Source: Octopus bimaculoides (Eukaryota). Taken from it: a stretch of 64,000 nt of DNA. Both the position numbers and the translations under genes were made by a program. The notes under the pieces were generated by a model, which saw only the letters and a program-made list of their open reading frames with translations, searched no databases and was not told where the DNA came from. Shown here in pieces: positions 12,695-25,227 of the stretch. The DNA is taken from contig NC_068986.1 of the NCBI RefSeq assembly GCF_001194135.2, forward strand, positions 70,609,288 to 70,673,287. The letters are read 5' to 3'. Position 1 is the first letter of the stretch. The number at the start of each line of letters is the position of its first letter.

Positions 12695-14100
12695 GTCTCT
12701 TTAAAATAGAAATCTCCAGCTTTGTATTGTTTCTGATAAGAAAAATTAATTTTCAATTGCTGCTGCATAAAGTCAGTAACAATTGAAGAATTGTTGCTTA
12801 TTATAAACATGATCAGTTATTTTTAATTATCTAAAAAATCAATATAGCAATAAGTATAATCAACACAAAAAAGGTTATAAAAAAAATTAAATAATTTTAT
12901 CAGTTTTGTATTGTTGACTGTAATATTGTTTATTGTAATCATGTTTTTATAACTTTAACAATAATAATTTCACATATAGCACTCAAAACAAAACACATTT
13001 TTCAAACTAGGTAGTCATTGTTATCATCATTTAATGCCTGCTTTTTATGCTGGCATGGATTGGATAGCTTGACAGGAGCTGACAATCCAGAAGACTGCAC
13101 CATGTTCTACTGTCTGCTTTTACATGGTTTCTAGTGCTGGATGCACTTCTTAATGCCAACCACTTTGTAGAGTGTACAAAGGTGCTTTTTACATGGCACC
13201 AGCGCTAGTGAGATCACCAACTTATAAGACAAGATCCCTTCAACTAAATGGGGAATAGAATAAAGTGGGGTGCATTTGTGCTAGGTGATGAGAGGTTAGA
13301 GTATGATAGAGGGACAGAAACAGATGCCCTGCAGTGGAGAAGATTCTTTGCTACTCCAGTTGGAAAACCAAGAGGCGAAGATGTAAAACATATTTCAGCA
13401 TTCCAAACCCAGGTCCAAACTTCCTGATCAAAATAATTTATCACTTTCATAAGAATTGAATGAGCAAGCACTCCAGTCTACTCGGACATTCTGTAGGGCA
13501 AGCAGAATAGCTTAGTGATAGTACATTACCTCTATCTGACTGGTAGGACTTAGACAAACGTCTGCCAGTCCAACAATGAGTATCAAGGATTATTTCATAC
13601 AGTCATAACAGTGGACTATAAAAGAGGTTAGGGATTTGTTTTGACCAAGCTTTATTTGTTATTACAGTTGCCACTACAACTGTTACATACCTCACTCTTG
13701 CAGAAGCAGATGCAAGCACTCTCATTTTTCACTGAGGAAACCCAAACCCAGGTGCCTTCTTAATATTGATATCTTTCCAGTTTCTCTTACTCAGAAAATT
13801 TCCCTGCTAACAAAATGAAACAGTCTTAAATCATCATTATCATTTTCATATTCACTTTCCATGCTTGTGTAGGACATACAGAATTTTTTGAGGTAGATTT
13901 TCTGCAACCAGATATCTTTCCTGTCACCATCAACCCTCTATTTCTAATATTTCTCCATGGCTGGACATGTTTTCACAGGAGATTGGCAATGAAGAACAAA
14001 CTTTTATGATAGTGACACTTGTTTACAATAATCACATATATGTTAAGACAAAGAGACACCTACTCACACACATCTACAATCACCCATATATGTGCATATA

Positions 14101-14147
<47 letters not shown>

Positions 14148-14793
14148 GTTCAAAACAGTATGATTCAGAATCTGATTCAAACTGTTTTGGACAATACATG
14201 TAACTCCCAATAAATGTGTAGAGTGCCCTTCCTTTTGTTTGTCCACTCACTCATATATATATAACTCTTCGAAACACTAGTGTTGAATGGTGGCAGCTGA
14301 TGAAGGAAATGTTCTCTATGTGGCCTGTGTGTTTTCTGTACTTGTTTATCATTTTGTCTACGTTTTGTTTGCAATCCTGTACCCAGATATGCATCTATAT
14401 ATACAGGTAGATGTAAGTATGTACATACATGTACGTATATATGCATATACTCATTTATTATTTGTATTATATATATATATATATGCATGCACACACACAA
14501 TGGGCTTCTTTCAGTTTTCATCTACCAAATCCATTCATAAGGGCTATAGAAGACAAAGCAATTTTTAAAATACCTGATGATGCATTTCCCACTCCCTAAA
14601 TTCAAATTTATCTTTTCAATCAAATTTAGCCTCTTTTAAGATGTAAGCTTCAAAATATGATTTGCTGTTTTCTTGCTGCTCAAAATCTACAAATTTTCTT
14701 TCACTGTTAGTATACAATACCCCTTAATGAGTATAATGTGCTGTATAATTTATTTCTGTTCTGACATTTATTTCCATCTCTTTTCACCTACAG

Positions 14794-14936
14794 GATTTGC
14801 AATTGAAGGGGGACAATCAGTTCAGTCATATGGTGCTGGCAAAATTCGGCAGTCATTGAGATCTGGATTGGCAAAACACAATTTTCCTTTGTACTCACCA
14901 TTGGAGCAAATTCTTGTTCGATATGTTATGGAGCAG
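14794..14936 (+). CDS. Divergent actin-related protein, exon C
   Basis: cctacag|GA TTT (phase 1) to GAG CAG|gtaatt; (G)FAIEGGQSVQSYGAGKIRQSLRSGLAKHNFPLYSPLEQILVRYVMEQ, corresponding to actin GYALPH...EIVRDIKE. Confidence 0.9.
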
Positions 14937-16024
14937 GTAATTTTTAGGTTAATCCTAATTATTGAATTTCATTTTCTAGTGTGGTATCATATCTAATTTA
15001 AATATGGTTAATCTACTAATTATCAAATCAGTAATTGAATGTCAACAAAGTTAATTATTATCTACTCATAGAGAGACTTCTAAAATTGAAATGTCAAGAA
15101 ATTTAACTTTACCATTCTCTCTTTGCTATTTTAACAGAAGAGAGATACCATGAATCCATAAAATGCTTTACTTCAATAACTAATGCAAATATCTGGTGCA
15201 GGTGTAGTTGTATGGTAAGAAGTTTGCTTCTGAACCACTTGGTTCAGTCCCACTGTGTGACACCTTGGGCAAGTGCTATATCCCTGGATCTTAAGAGTGG
15301 ATTTGGCAAATGGAAACTGAAAGCCCATTGTGTGTGCATGTGCACATACATACATGGTTGTGTGTCTCCATCACAAGATAGATGTAAATGAGTGTGCTAT
15401 CTTGCAAGCAGTGTTATTTCCATTGTCTGTGAAAATATGTCTGGCCATGGGGAAATATTATCTTACTTGGAAACAGGTGAAAGCTGGTGACAGGAAGAGT
15501 ATTCAACTATTGAAAATCAGCCTCAAATGAACTCCATCCAACCCATGCAAGCATGGAAAAGTGGACATTAAAATGATGATGATGATCTGACTTTACAAAT
15601 GCAACCTACCTATAACACACTATCATCATCATCATCATGTAACATCTACTTTTCCATGCTTGCACAAATCAGATGGAATTTTCATTGAGGCAGATTTTCT
15701 ATGACTCGGTGCCTTTCCTACTACCGACTCTCACCTGGGTAAGGCAAGGTAATATTTCCCCATGGCCAAACATATTTTCCATGGAAGACTGGAAATGTAC
15801 ACTATCACTTTTAGGATAGTGATTAATCATATAACAAAAGGATTTATTGCATTTCATTTTCATATAACTGATTTTATATATTGTAGCAATTATTTTCTGC
15901 TTAGAATAAGACATTTTAAAGCAGACTGGGTTGCACAGTTCATATCCAAATAACTTGGAAACAGAACAAAATTTAAGAAATCAGAGCCTTTTTTTTTTTT
16001 TTTTTTAATATTATCTAGTAATCA

Positions 16025-16240
16025 TAAGGTGGCAAGCTGGCTGAATTGTTAGCATGCTGGGTAAAATGTTTAGCAGCATTTCGTTCCATCTCATGCTCTG
16101 AGCTCAAATTCCAGTGAACTTGAGTTTGCCTTTCATTATCTTGGGGTCAATAAAATAAGTACTAGTTGAGTACTGAGGTCAACTTATCCCCTCTCCCAAA
16201 ATTGCTAGTCTTGTGCCAAAATTTGAAATCAATATTAATT
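16025..16240 (+). mobile_element. tRNA-derived SINE (second family)
   Basis: AAGGTGGCAAGCTGGCTGAATTGTTAGCA...TGAGCTCAAATTCC...CTTGTGCCAAAATTTGAAATC; other copies near 33775-33975, 57215-57380, 59825-60040 (+) and 19070-19275 (-). Confidence 0.85.
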
Positions 16241-17007
16241 AGTAATCTTTTGTCCACTCTGCTGGGTGGCTGGTGTTAGGAAGGGCATCCAGCTGTAAAA
16301 ACTGTGCTAAAGCAGACACAGAAGTCTAGTGCAGACATCTCCCTAGCCAGCTCCTATCAACCCATGCCAGCATGGAGAACAGACATTAAAGGATGATAAT
16401 GATGATGAATCACTGACAAAATCTTTAAAGTAATTAAATCAGAATTTTGTGACATAACACTGCAAGCACACCAGTCGGAAAATAAAAAAGGGACCTAATT
16501 TTTTGATGGGTAGAAGTTCTGGATAAGGAATGAAGAGGTCTTGGTGAATAATTATCTTGTATGTAAACACTAAAAGCTTTCTTTTTTCATTTGCTAAACT
16601 ATTAATACTCTATGAAGAAAAAGAAAAGCACATGCATTCCATGAATTTCCTCCAGACTGAAATTATTTTCTATCTTTTAATGAAATGTCTCACTCCATAA
16701 ACTGTTTAATTAGTAAGTCACAGGTTATAATCATGCTGGTGATTTCTAAAAAGGATGAAATACATAATTACCACCGACTAGAAATTTTAAGTACTTCATA
16801 ATAAGTGAATGAAAAATAAAATAGGTGAACTCTATGCATCTTTTCCTTATAATTCTTCAATTTCAAATTTCTAGTCCCACCAAATAATATGAAGAAATGT
16901 TTATCATCTTTCCTACTAAGGGAAAAACATTATCTAGAATGTTTTCAAAGATAAGTTTTTAATGCATTAATGAAAGATTTGAATAATATTCTATAAATAT
17001 TTTTCAG

Positions 17008-17123
17008 ACGTGCTATGTATCCAAAAATTATGAAGAAGAGATACAGAAATATATGCAGCAGCCAGAGAAGTTCTTGTCATCAGTATATTTAAACAAATAT
17101 AATATACCAAAAGACACCTATAG
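17008..17123 (+). CDS. Divergent actin-related protein, exon D
   Basis: ttttcag|ACG to TAT AG|gtattg; TCYVSKNYEEEIQKYMQQPEKFLSSVYLNKYNIPKDTY, corresponding to actin LCYVALDFEQEM. Confidence 0.88.
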
Positions 17124-17928
17124 GTATTGTATTGATAAATCAAATATAATTAATGGAATTTTTTTTTTTTAAACTACTAGTAAACTAAAAGGAAAATAAA
17201 GAAAGCTTTTAGCAATAAAAAAAGTTTCACAAAAACCTTATATTTCAGGCACAGAAGGAAGCAGTTCAAGAAATATCTAGTTACATCAATTTCGCTATTT
17301 TATTTAAACTGCTCAACATTAGAGTTAGCAGCAGTAGCAGCAACTCTCCAACTGCTAGTACAAGCAGCTCTCTTATTGGTGGTCAGTGAGGGGAGGTAAC
17401 TCATCTTGACGATTGAAAGCTTAAACAAACATTGTCGAAAATCTTCTGTAATTATGGTGGTAGTAGAAGATGGTGTTGGTGGCGTAAGTTATTGTTGCGG
17501 TGGATGCCCCCTGGTGAGAAGTGGGCTGGTCCACTACTAATAAATAGTGGACTGACACAGTCAGTAGTGTCAGTGAGGTATGCTGTTCGGGGCAGTCTCA
17601 CAAAGACAATGAAATACATCATCATAATGCGGGACATAACAGTTATGATTTTGGTTGTAGCCACCGCGCAGTTTAAATGAAATCTATGAGGCTAGACATT
17701 TTTGGAGCTGTTTCGTTCTGAAGAAGGATCTTTGCACCTGAAATATAAAGGTTTTTGTAGATCTTACTGCATTGTTAAAAGCTTTTTTATTTTCCATTTC
17801 TTTTTCTACTTTTGTGCTACATTGCTTCGAGTGAACTACAATTCTCTTATCAGTAAAATGTCATTTGAAGTTAACTAAAATAAAACATGAAAATATATTT
17901 ATTAATGAAATATTTTCCTGTCTTACAG

Positions 17929-18075
17929 CACCATAAGCCATGATATTAGCTGCTTTGCAAGTCCTGAAGGTTTCTTTAATACAGACCTGTGGGGTATGGA
18001 CTATCCCACAGTTCAAGCCCTGGTATTAAAAGCAATTAATGCATGTCCAGTGGATAACAGGAGGCATATGTGCAG
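17929..18075 (+). CDS. Divergent actin-related protein, exon E
   Basis: cttacag|C to TGC AG|gttggt; (S)TISHDISCFASPEGFFNTDLWGMDYPTVQALVLKAINACPVDNRRHMC, corresponding to actin TIGNERFRCPEALF...CDVDIRKDLY. Confidence 0.9.
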
Positions 18076-19623
18076 GTTGGTAAAAATATTATTCCTGTTA
18101 GGTCCAAGGTTAATGTTCATGAAATTGATTCAATATCTATTACTGGTTCTTTTTTCTCAGTCCCAAAAGGATGAAATGGTAAACTTTGGCATCTTCCTGT
18201 TTTAGTCATCTGCATTAAAGGTTGTATATGAGGTAATAGTTTGGGAGACATTTTATCTAGAAAAAGATATATTCGTGACTTGATAATCCAAAGAAATTCA
18301 AAGAAAGGCTAACCTAAACTTCTTATTTGCTCCTCAAGATTGATTTGTGTTGCAATATTTTTCTTTAAACCTATTAGGTTTTTTTTTTCCTTTTTATTTG
18401 TTTTCTTTCTTTTATGAAATTTTATATCCAGTTTTCTTCCGCTTGTTAGTGAGGGGAGGTAACTCATCTTGACGATTGAAAGCTTAAGCAAACGTTGTTG
18501 AAAATCTTCCGTAATTATTCAATATCAACACTTGGCCTTACTTTATAAATTTTTTTATTTTCCATCATTGATATACAATTAGTAGTTTTAAGAAACAAAA
18601 TTAAACACTGCTACCAATCTAGAGAAGTGAACGTGATTAGGTTTTCATTTCTTTGTTGATGACAATTGTTAACGTCTCTTGACTTCATTTAAATATTTCT
18701 ACAGATCAGAAACTTTGGCTATTAAATGTCCTCATTTGTAATCTAAGATATTGCTTATTATTTTAGTGGTTCATATAATTAGCAAAAATTACATCATACA
18801 TTTATTTACAGGTCATCAATAACAAAAAAATACCAAATCAATATTAAAAACTAAGAAAAAATAAGGCTTTTCACTAAATAAAAAGTATCTTTTAAAATAC
18901 TTTATTACTTTTATTGGATTTATAAAGTTTATGCCAAATGAATAGTGATTTTGTGGGGTTTTTAAATTTTTTATTTTATTTCGAGAACTGAAACAGATAG
19001 GATGCACAACTCCATTTATCTCAGACTTACTAATGAATGCTATTCCAAACTATTTAATGAGTAATAATCCTTTCAACTATTGGCACAAAGTCTGAAGTTT
19101 GGTAGGTGTGGGGTTAGCCAATTACATCGACCTCAGTACTCAACTGGTACTTATTTCATTAACCCTGAAAGGATGAAAGGCAAAGTCAACCTTGGTGGAA
19201 TTTGAACTCACCAGAAGAAATGCCACTAAGTATTTTGTCCAGTGTGCTAATCATTCTACCAACTTGCCTCCTTTATTTGATTAGTAATAAGGATGATCTC
19301 CAACTTCAAACATCAATACTTGCTGAATGTCCTTTTTTTTCCATAAAGTCAGTTGTGACATTAACAAGGGATTTGTTTTTTTAAAGCAAGATGTAAATGC
19401 CTTTTCAGGAGTATAACAATAACAGAAGTAAGGTTTGGACTTAAAAGAAATATAATCAGTTCAGTACCTTGACTCCATAGCCATTATTTCATTTATATAC
19501 AGATATTTGCAGAACTATCTTAACCGGGGCATCTGTATTAAAAGAAAACCAAAATTAAATAAATGCAAGTTCCTTTAAACAAGAGGTTGTCTAGTTTTAT
19601 TCTTCTTGTGAATATCTTAACAG

Positions 19624-19723
19624 AGCTATCTACCTAAGTGGAGGTGTAACAATGATCCCTGGATTTGCAGCAAGATTGGAGAAGGAAGTTCAAAAACTAG
19701 TCAATCCATCTCTTCTTGTGCAG
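19624..19723 (+). CDS. Divergent actin-related protein, exon F
   Basis: cttaacag|A to GTG CAG|gtaaga; (R)AIYLSGGVTMIPGFAARLEKEVQKLVNPSLLVQ contains the actin adenosine motif (LSGGTTMYPGIADR). Confidence 0.93.
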
Positions 19724-19860
19724 GTAAGATATACAGATCCTTAAACTATAACTTATGAATATAGATTGTGAAAGTGCTTACTACAAATGGTTATTATTAA
19801 TTTCTAAATTTTGGAACAAGGGCTCCAGTTTTATAGCGAAATGAAGTAGTCATGTTGACC

Positions 19861-22000
19861 ATCATCGTTTTACATCACTTTTACCATGTTTGCATCAGAG
19901 AGATAGGTCTTCTCCAGTACAACACTTCATTATGAGTTAAGGCCCTTCGTTAGTTCTTTCATGAGGTTAAACCTTCACCACCTCATCATGCCTTCCTTGG
20001 CCTCCCACTTCTACAGTTTCCATCCACTTGAAATTCTCATCATTTATTCATACAACTGGCTTCCTCCATGCACATCATGTGCCTGTACTAGCTTAGTCTT
20101 TTCTCTTGTTCACTACATTTATTTTAATTTTTTTTTAACTGTATGTGCTTCATCATACATGCTCGCTAACATTACACATCCAGCATGCTCACCTCATTTC
20201 CCTTCATCTTGCACACATTCTCTTCATTCAATGTCCATGTATCACTAGCATGCAACATTGTACTTTACATACAAACATCGTACAATCTACACTTAACCCT
20301 CTTCTTACTCTGGAATATCCACTTCCACTGTTAAATCTATCATCTATTTAATACAGTAATATTTCAAGGAAGCTTGTCATACCCAACAACGTAACAGTAC
20401 TTGAGAAATAAATTTCCAAAATGTTTAGTAGAATATTTGAAAAAAATCTATTTCTTGTGTTCTTTTACAACTAACTACTCTTGTGCAAAGTCATCCCACA
20501 ACACTTCCTTTAGGTTATGTTGAGTATACGATACACAATTCCAGTCTACTCCTTTTCTGCATATTTACATGTGTAATGTTAGTGTACATGAATGAGAGAA
20601 AAAAAAAGTGAATTAGATGTAGTGAACAAGAAAAGACTAAGGAGACAATAGAGTCTTGTCTCCTTTCTTGCTAATTTTTTTTACCTTTGCTAGGTTAACT
20701 TTCAATTCTAGATTCTGTTTGCATGTTTAAATTTTTTGTTCTAAATCTTCAGTAGATTCATCTAGGAGAACTAAGCCATCAGTATATAGAAGTTCTCAGA
20801 CAGCCAATCTTAAACTTCCTTGTTAAAGCTTCAAGAACTATAATGGACAGTAGGGAGTTGAGAAATGAGCCCTAGTGCACACCAACTTGTACATTGAACT
20901 CATGACTGAGAGCTTGGTGTCCTGTCAGCTTCCTCCAGTTCAATGACTGCTAGTTATTCAAGCTTGTCTCTCCATGCTGTGTATATGTCTAGCTTCTTTT
21001 CTAGCAACCTTATATTTTTTGATTCCACTCATCTTCCAATCTGTTAAGGCCATGTCTAATTTAGCATTCCAACATCATGTTACCTTCCATCTGGCTGGAC
21101 ATAATCTTGCTCCAAGCACAAATCTGGCCTGTGACATTTTAGCAGTTATCTAGTGATCCCATAGAAATTCCCAGTTGCCCTCAATTTCAAGTTTTGTCTC
21201 CACTTCTTTGAATCTATGCCTGACTGAATGATCCTCTAACTTTCATACCTTCTTTCTCCAGGCTGTCTTGTCTTCTGAATCCTCTTACCTTTGATGTTAT
21301 TTGTCACTTGCCTTTATGTTGAGTGCTACATTCTTCACCAGGGAAAAATATAGTGTTCACAAATAGTTGTCTATCCAGTTTCTTGTTGAATATGAAGTCT
21401 ACCTGGATTGGTAATCATGTGGCTGGACGGCTGGTTTCCTGAAGTTAGTGTTTCAAGTAATTAGGTTATTTGCACTCTTGCAGCACAGAACTCCAGTCCC
21501 TCCCCATTCTTTGTATCATACTCATATCCTCTCTCTACATACATGAGAGTAGTCCGTGTTCATTAATACCACTAGCAATGATAATGAAGTCAGTCATTTG
21601 TTATTAGGGTAAACTGCAAAAGGACTTCATTGAGGTACTTTTGCTCATCTGTCACTCCTGATTGTCATATATATGCTCAGGTAACTATTGCCTATGGCTA
21701 ATCTAAGTTTAGTTAATTACTTCATCTGCCAACAACATGCCTACTTCATCCAACCTGTTTGGTTGCGGTTCCCTTTCCACTTACCTTTTTTACAAAGCAC
21801 ACATCATGCAATCATTTGATGTCTGTTTGAAGAGTTCCTAGCTGACTTCCTCCACTAGCATTAACAGTCCTATACATGCAAATAGTTTTGCATTGTTTGT
21901 GACTGTAATAATTTTGCCATACCTCTATTAGCATACCTCAATTACCAATCACTTTACAGCATAGACTGGCTACATTTACTCATCACCAGCACTAGAAAGG
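19861..22000 (-). mobile_element. Heavily decayed RTE LINE
   Basis: 3' region at 19861-20400 resembles the reverse complement of 50100-50640; endonuclease remnant (QSGVTDEQK) near 21560-21690. A further 3' fragment lies at 22930-23290. Confidence 0.65.
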
Positions 22001-23492
22001 ATGTCTGTCAGCACTGAAGTGTTCGTTCCCTCCACACTGTCAGTTTTTGTTCAGAGGGATTTTCTTCACTGCAGCTTTTGGAGATCCAGTCCATGTCTTC
22101 TCTGTGCAGATCTTTTAGATTCAGAGTTACTGTACCAGATGGAGTGTCTTGACTATGGTGAGTTTTATTCCACCCTGCAGAATTTTATTCAAGGTTATCT
22201 GCAGTGCAAAATTTTATTCAGAATTACCACTCGTCTCATCATGCTGCCTGCCTTATGATTCACAGGGCCACACTTCCAAGCAATCATCAGAATTGCACAG
22301 GTGACGACATAGAAGCAGCTGGTCATATTTGTCAAAATAAGGAGATAGAACCAATCAACATGTCAATAAGCAGTCTTGATAAATAAAATATTGCTTTAAT
22401 TTAATCTCATGTTATCCACATACATCAGTGAAATTGCCAATTATTACAATCAATATAGTAGGTACAGAAATAGTGAAATAATCAAATATGAAAATCAAAT
22501 GTCATTTGTAGCTCAAGAGATCTTACAAAGTAGATGAGCAAGAAAACTTAAGCGTATTCTAACTTTTAAGAGTACTAAATTTTATTGATTACCTAAAAGC
22601 AAAAATCAATTCCAGTAAAATATTAATATTAAAATACTAAATACTGTAGCACTCTATTATGTCTGCATACCACCATTGCATGTGTCCGATCTTTGGATTT
22701 TCTTTAACAAATCCCTTAGTTAATAATGAGATGCAGGTCTGCCACAGTCACTATGTAAAAGGATTTTCATAAACAAAATATTTTTACTTCATAGTCTAAT
22801 GAATCTCTTAAAGCAACATAAATTCTTGCTTTATTACCACTAATCAATCACATTTCATTTACTATCATTTGCTACATTTCAGTTGTCTCTAAGTGTTAAA
22901 TATTCATCATTTTACATGAGAGGGGGAGGGTCTTCAGCACAGCTTCACCATGAGTCGCAGCCCTCTGTCATCTCCTTTCTGAAGTTCAGTGTCATGCAAC
23001 TCAATCTTCAAAATTTCATCCTGTCTTCTTTAGCCTTCTTTCACAAGTTCTGTCCATAAGTACTTGGTACTAATTTATTTATACAACTGGCATCTTTCAT
23101 AAGCATGCCATGCCTATACATAGTCTTGTCTTTTACAAGCTGCAGCCTATTAATTCTTCTACAGTTTTTCTCTCATATGTATTCCATAATACATACACCA
23201 CTAGCATTACACATTGAATGTCCATGCTATCATGCAACAGTGTGCATTCATGCAAGCATCAAGCAATCTGCACTTCATTTAGAAAGAGACCCGTAAGGCA
23301 ACTAAAAGAGCTGGAGGCTGGAAGAGAATCTGGTCACCATGCCAGCACAGGAAGGTGAATGTGAAATGATGATGATAACTAAATGTTATCTAAATATGAA
23401 ACAGTGATTTTTAAAAATATACAAAATTGGTAATCTTTCTTGTATGATAGTATAAAAAACATTACTGATATTTAATTTCTACTTCCTTATAG

Positions 23493-23636
23493 GTTCATTC
23501 GTCTCCCCAAAGATACCATGCAGCCTATATTGGAGCTTGCATTCTAAGTGCACTACCAGAGTTCCAAAACCACTGTATTTTAGCAAATGAATGGAAAAGA
23601 GAGGGTACAAGAGCCTTTCAAAAATGGATTTATTAA
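23493..23636 (+). CDS. Divergent actin-related protein, terminal exon G
   Basis: ccttatag|GTT to TAT TAA; VHSSPQRYHAAYIGACILSALPEFQNHCILANEWKREGTRAFQKWIY*, corresponding to actin [35 protein letters not shown]. Exons A-G total 924 nt, one open frame. Confidence 0.92.
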   Translation, partial: VHSSPQRYHAAYIGACILSALPEFQNHCILANEWKREGTRAFQKWIY

Positions 23637-24583
23637 ATTGCTATATTTGATGCTAATTTCTCAGTGAAAAAAATACAAATTATAAATATTTCCTGTCTAA
23701 ATTACTTACACAACTTACTGTATTATAATAACCTTAAAACCCAAAACAAGTTTATACTTTGAATTTTTTTTTTTTTTTTCCACATAAAATTTTTATGCTT
23801 GGATCATCCACATTTCCTTGTCTTCCAGTAATTAATGCTTCTCTCAAGACACTCACAGCCTCACTTAATTTCTTTTTCATTATGATAAAAATACTACTGC
23901 AATAATGGGCGCTATAATTTCCAAGAAGTTAAAGGCATGACTTCTTTTACTCAGAAACAATAATAATATTGTTGCAAATTAAAGAAATAAAATGTTATAT
24001 ATTATCCACAGGTTTCAGAACTCTGTTTCACAGTGAGTAAATAGAAGGAATATTTTAAAAGATGAATTATTTAATAAAGGCTGAAGTAAAACAATAGTGG
24101 AATTAATTTAATTTATTTGTAATAGACAAATTAGTGTTTATACAGTGCAGACAATAACAATTACCAAGTAGTCTTGAAGAAGTGGAAATAATCAATACAG
24201 GATGAGATCTTATGAAGTAGATTAAAATTTAAGAAATTTAACACAAATATGTGAAAGAGATGGAGGGGAATATTTCTTTTGAATGATTAAAAAAATCATA
24301 GCAGTCAGCTGAAGATTTTAACAGAAGAATGAAAAGTAGAGTCATTAGTTACTAAGACTTTGGATGGTTGATATATATATATATATATATATAAATGGGT
24401 AGAAATTGAATGTTTAATAGGAAGATGCCACTGAAACAAGCTGATGAAAGAAGAAATGAAAAAAAAAAATAAATGTAAGAAAACTTTTAATGACTGCAAG
24501 CAAAAAGTAGAATTTCAAGATCTAATACAGTTTATATAGAGAAATGAAAACAATGGATGGCCTCTGTAAAATTTTGTTAGTCT

Positions 24584-24998
24584 TCAGCTTTGTGAAACAC
24601 TTCTGCTTCTTGACTGCCGTGTAAACTTGTCCCTAGATCTACTGCGTGACCGACTAGATGAATGAGAATGATCTGGTTTCACTGCAACAGTTTCTTGTTC
24701 TCCATTTGTTTTTCCTTTGGAAGCACTTCGGGATCTACTTCTGGAACGGCTAACAGATCTACTTCTTGATTGACTAACAGATCGAGAACGGCTCTTTGAT
24801 CGCGATCTACTTTTGTCTCGTCGATAGTGATCTGGACTAAGTTTGTCTCGACCTCGTCGATGTTCACTGCTTGGACTACGTCGTCTTCTGTCTCTACTAC
24901 TACTCCTGTGGTCTCTACTACGACTGCGATCTCTACTATGAGACCTTGTTCGAGATCTTCTGCGACGCCTGTCTCTGGATCGTGACCTTGATCGAGAT
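24584..24998 (-). CDS. SRSF7-like: SR splicing factor, terminal RS-domain exon
   Basis: Minus-strand acceptor tttgtag|A TCT CGA (phase 2); long RS dipeptide tract ending SRSVSQS*; stop at 24584 as in the ORF track. Confidence 0.93.
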
Positions 24999-25093
24999 CT
25001 ACAAATTGAAAAAAAACAATATAGACATATTACACACAACATACATCAAATTTATTCTGAAACAGTGAAAAAAAAAAAAAAACTGATAAGTAC

Positions 25094-25227
25094 CTTCGTC
25101 TTCGGCGTGGAGATGGTGATCTGTAGTAGCTACTGCGCTCAGGCCTTCTGTAACCATAGTAACGATCATCAGGGCAATCCCGAGCCCAATGTCCAGGTCG
25201 ATGGCAGCGATAGCATTCATCATAGCC
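25094..25227 (-). CDS. SRSF7-like: SR splicing factor, CCHC zinc-knuckle exon
   Basis: tgtttag|GGC to CGA AG|gtactt; GYDECYRCHRPGHWARDCPDDRYYGYRRPERSSYYRSPSPRRRR contains C-x2-C-x4-H-x4-C. A 95-nt intron separates it from the RS exon, in frame. The ORF track shows a different frame. Confidence 0.93.

Noticed and set aside
14262-14315. Hammerhead half-cores GAAAC-ACTAGT-GTT and CTGATGA in permuted order
   Set aside because: Stems I and II cannot be paired in this arrangement; at most a decayed repeat.
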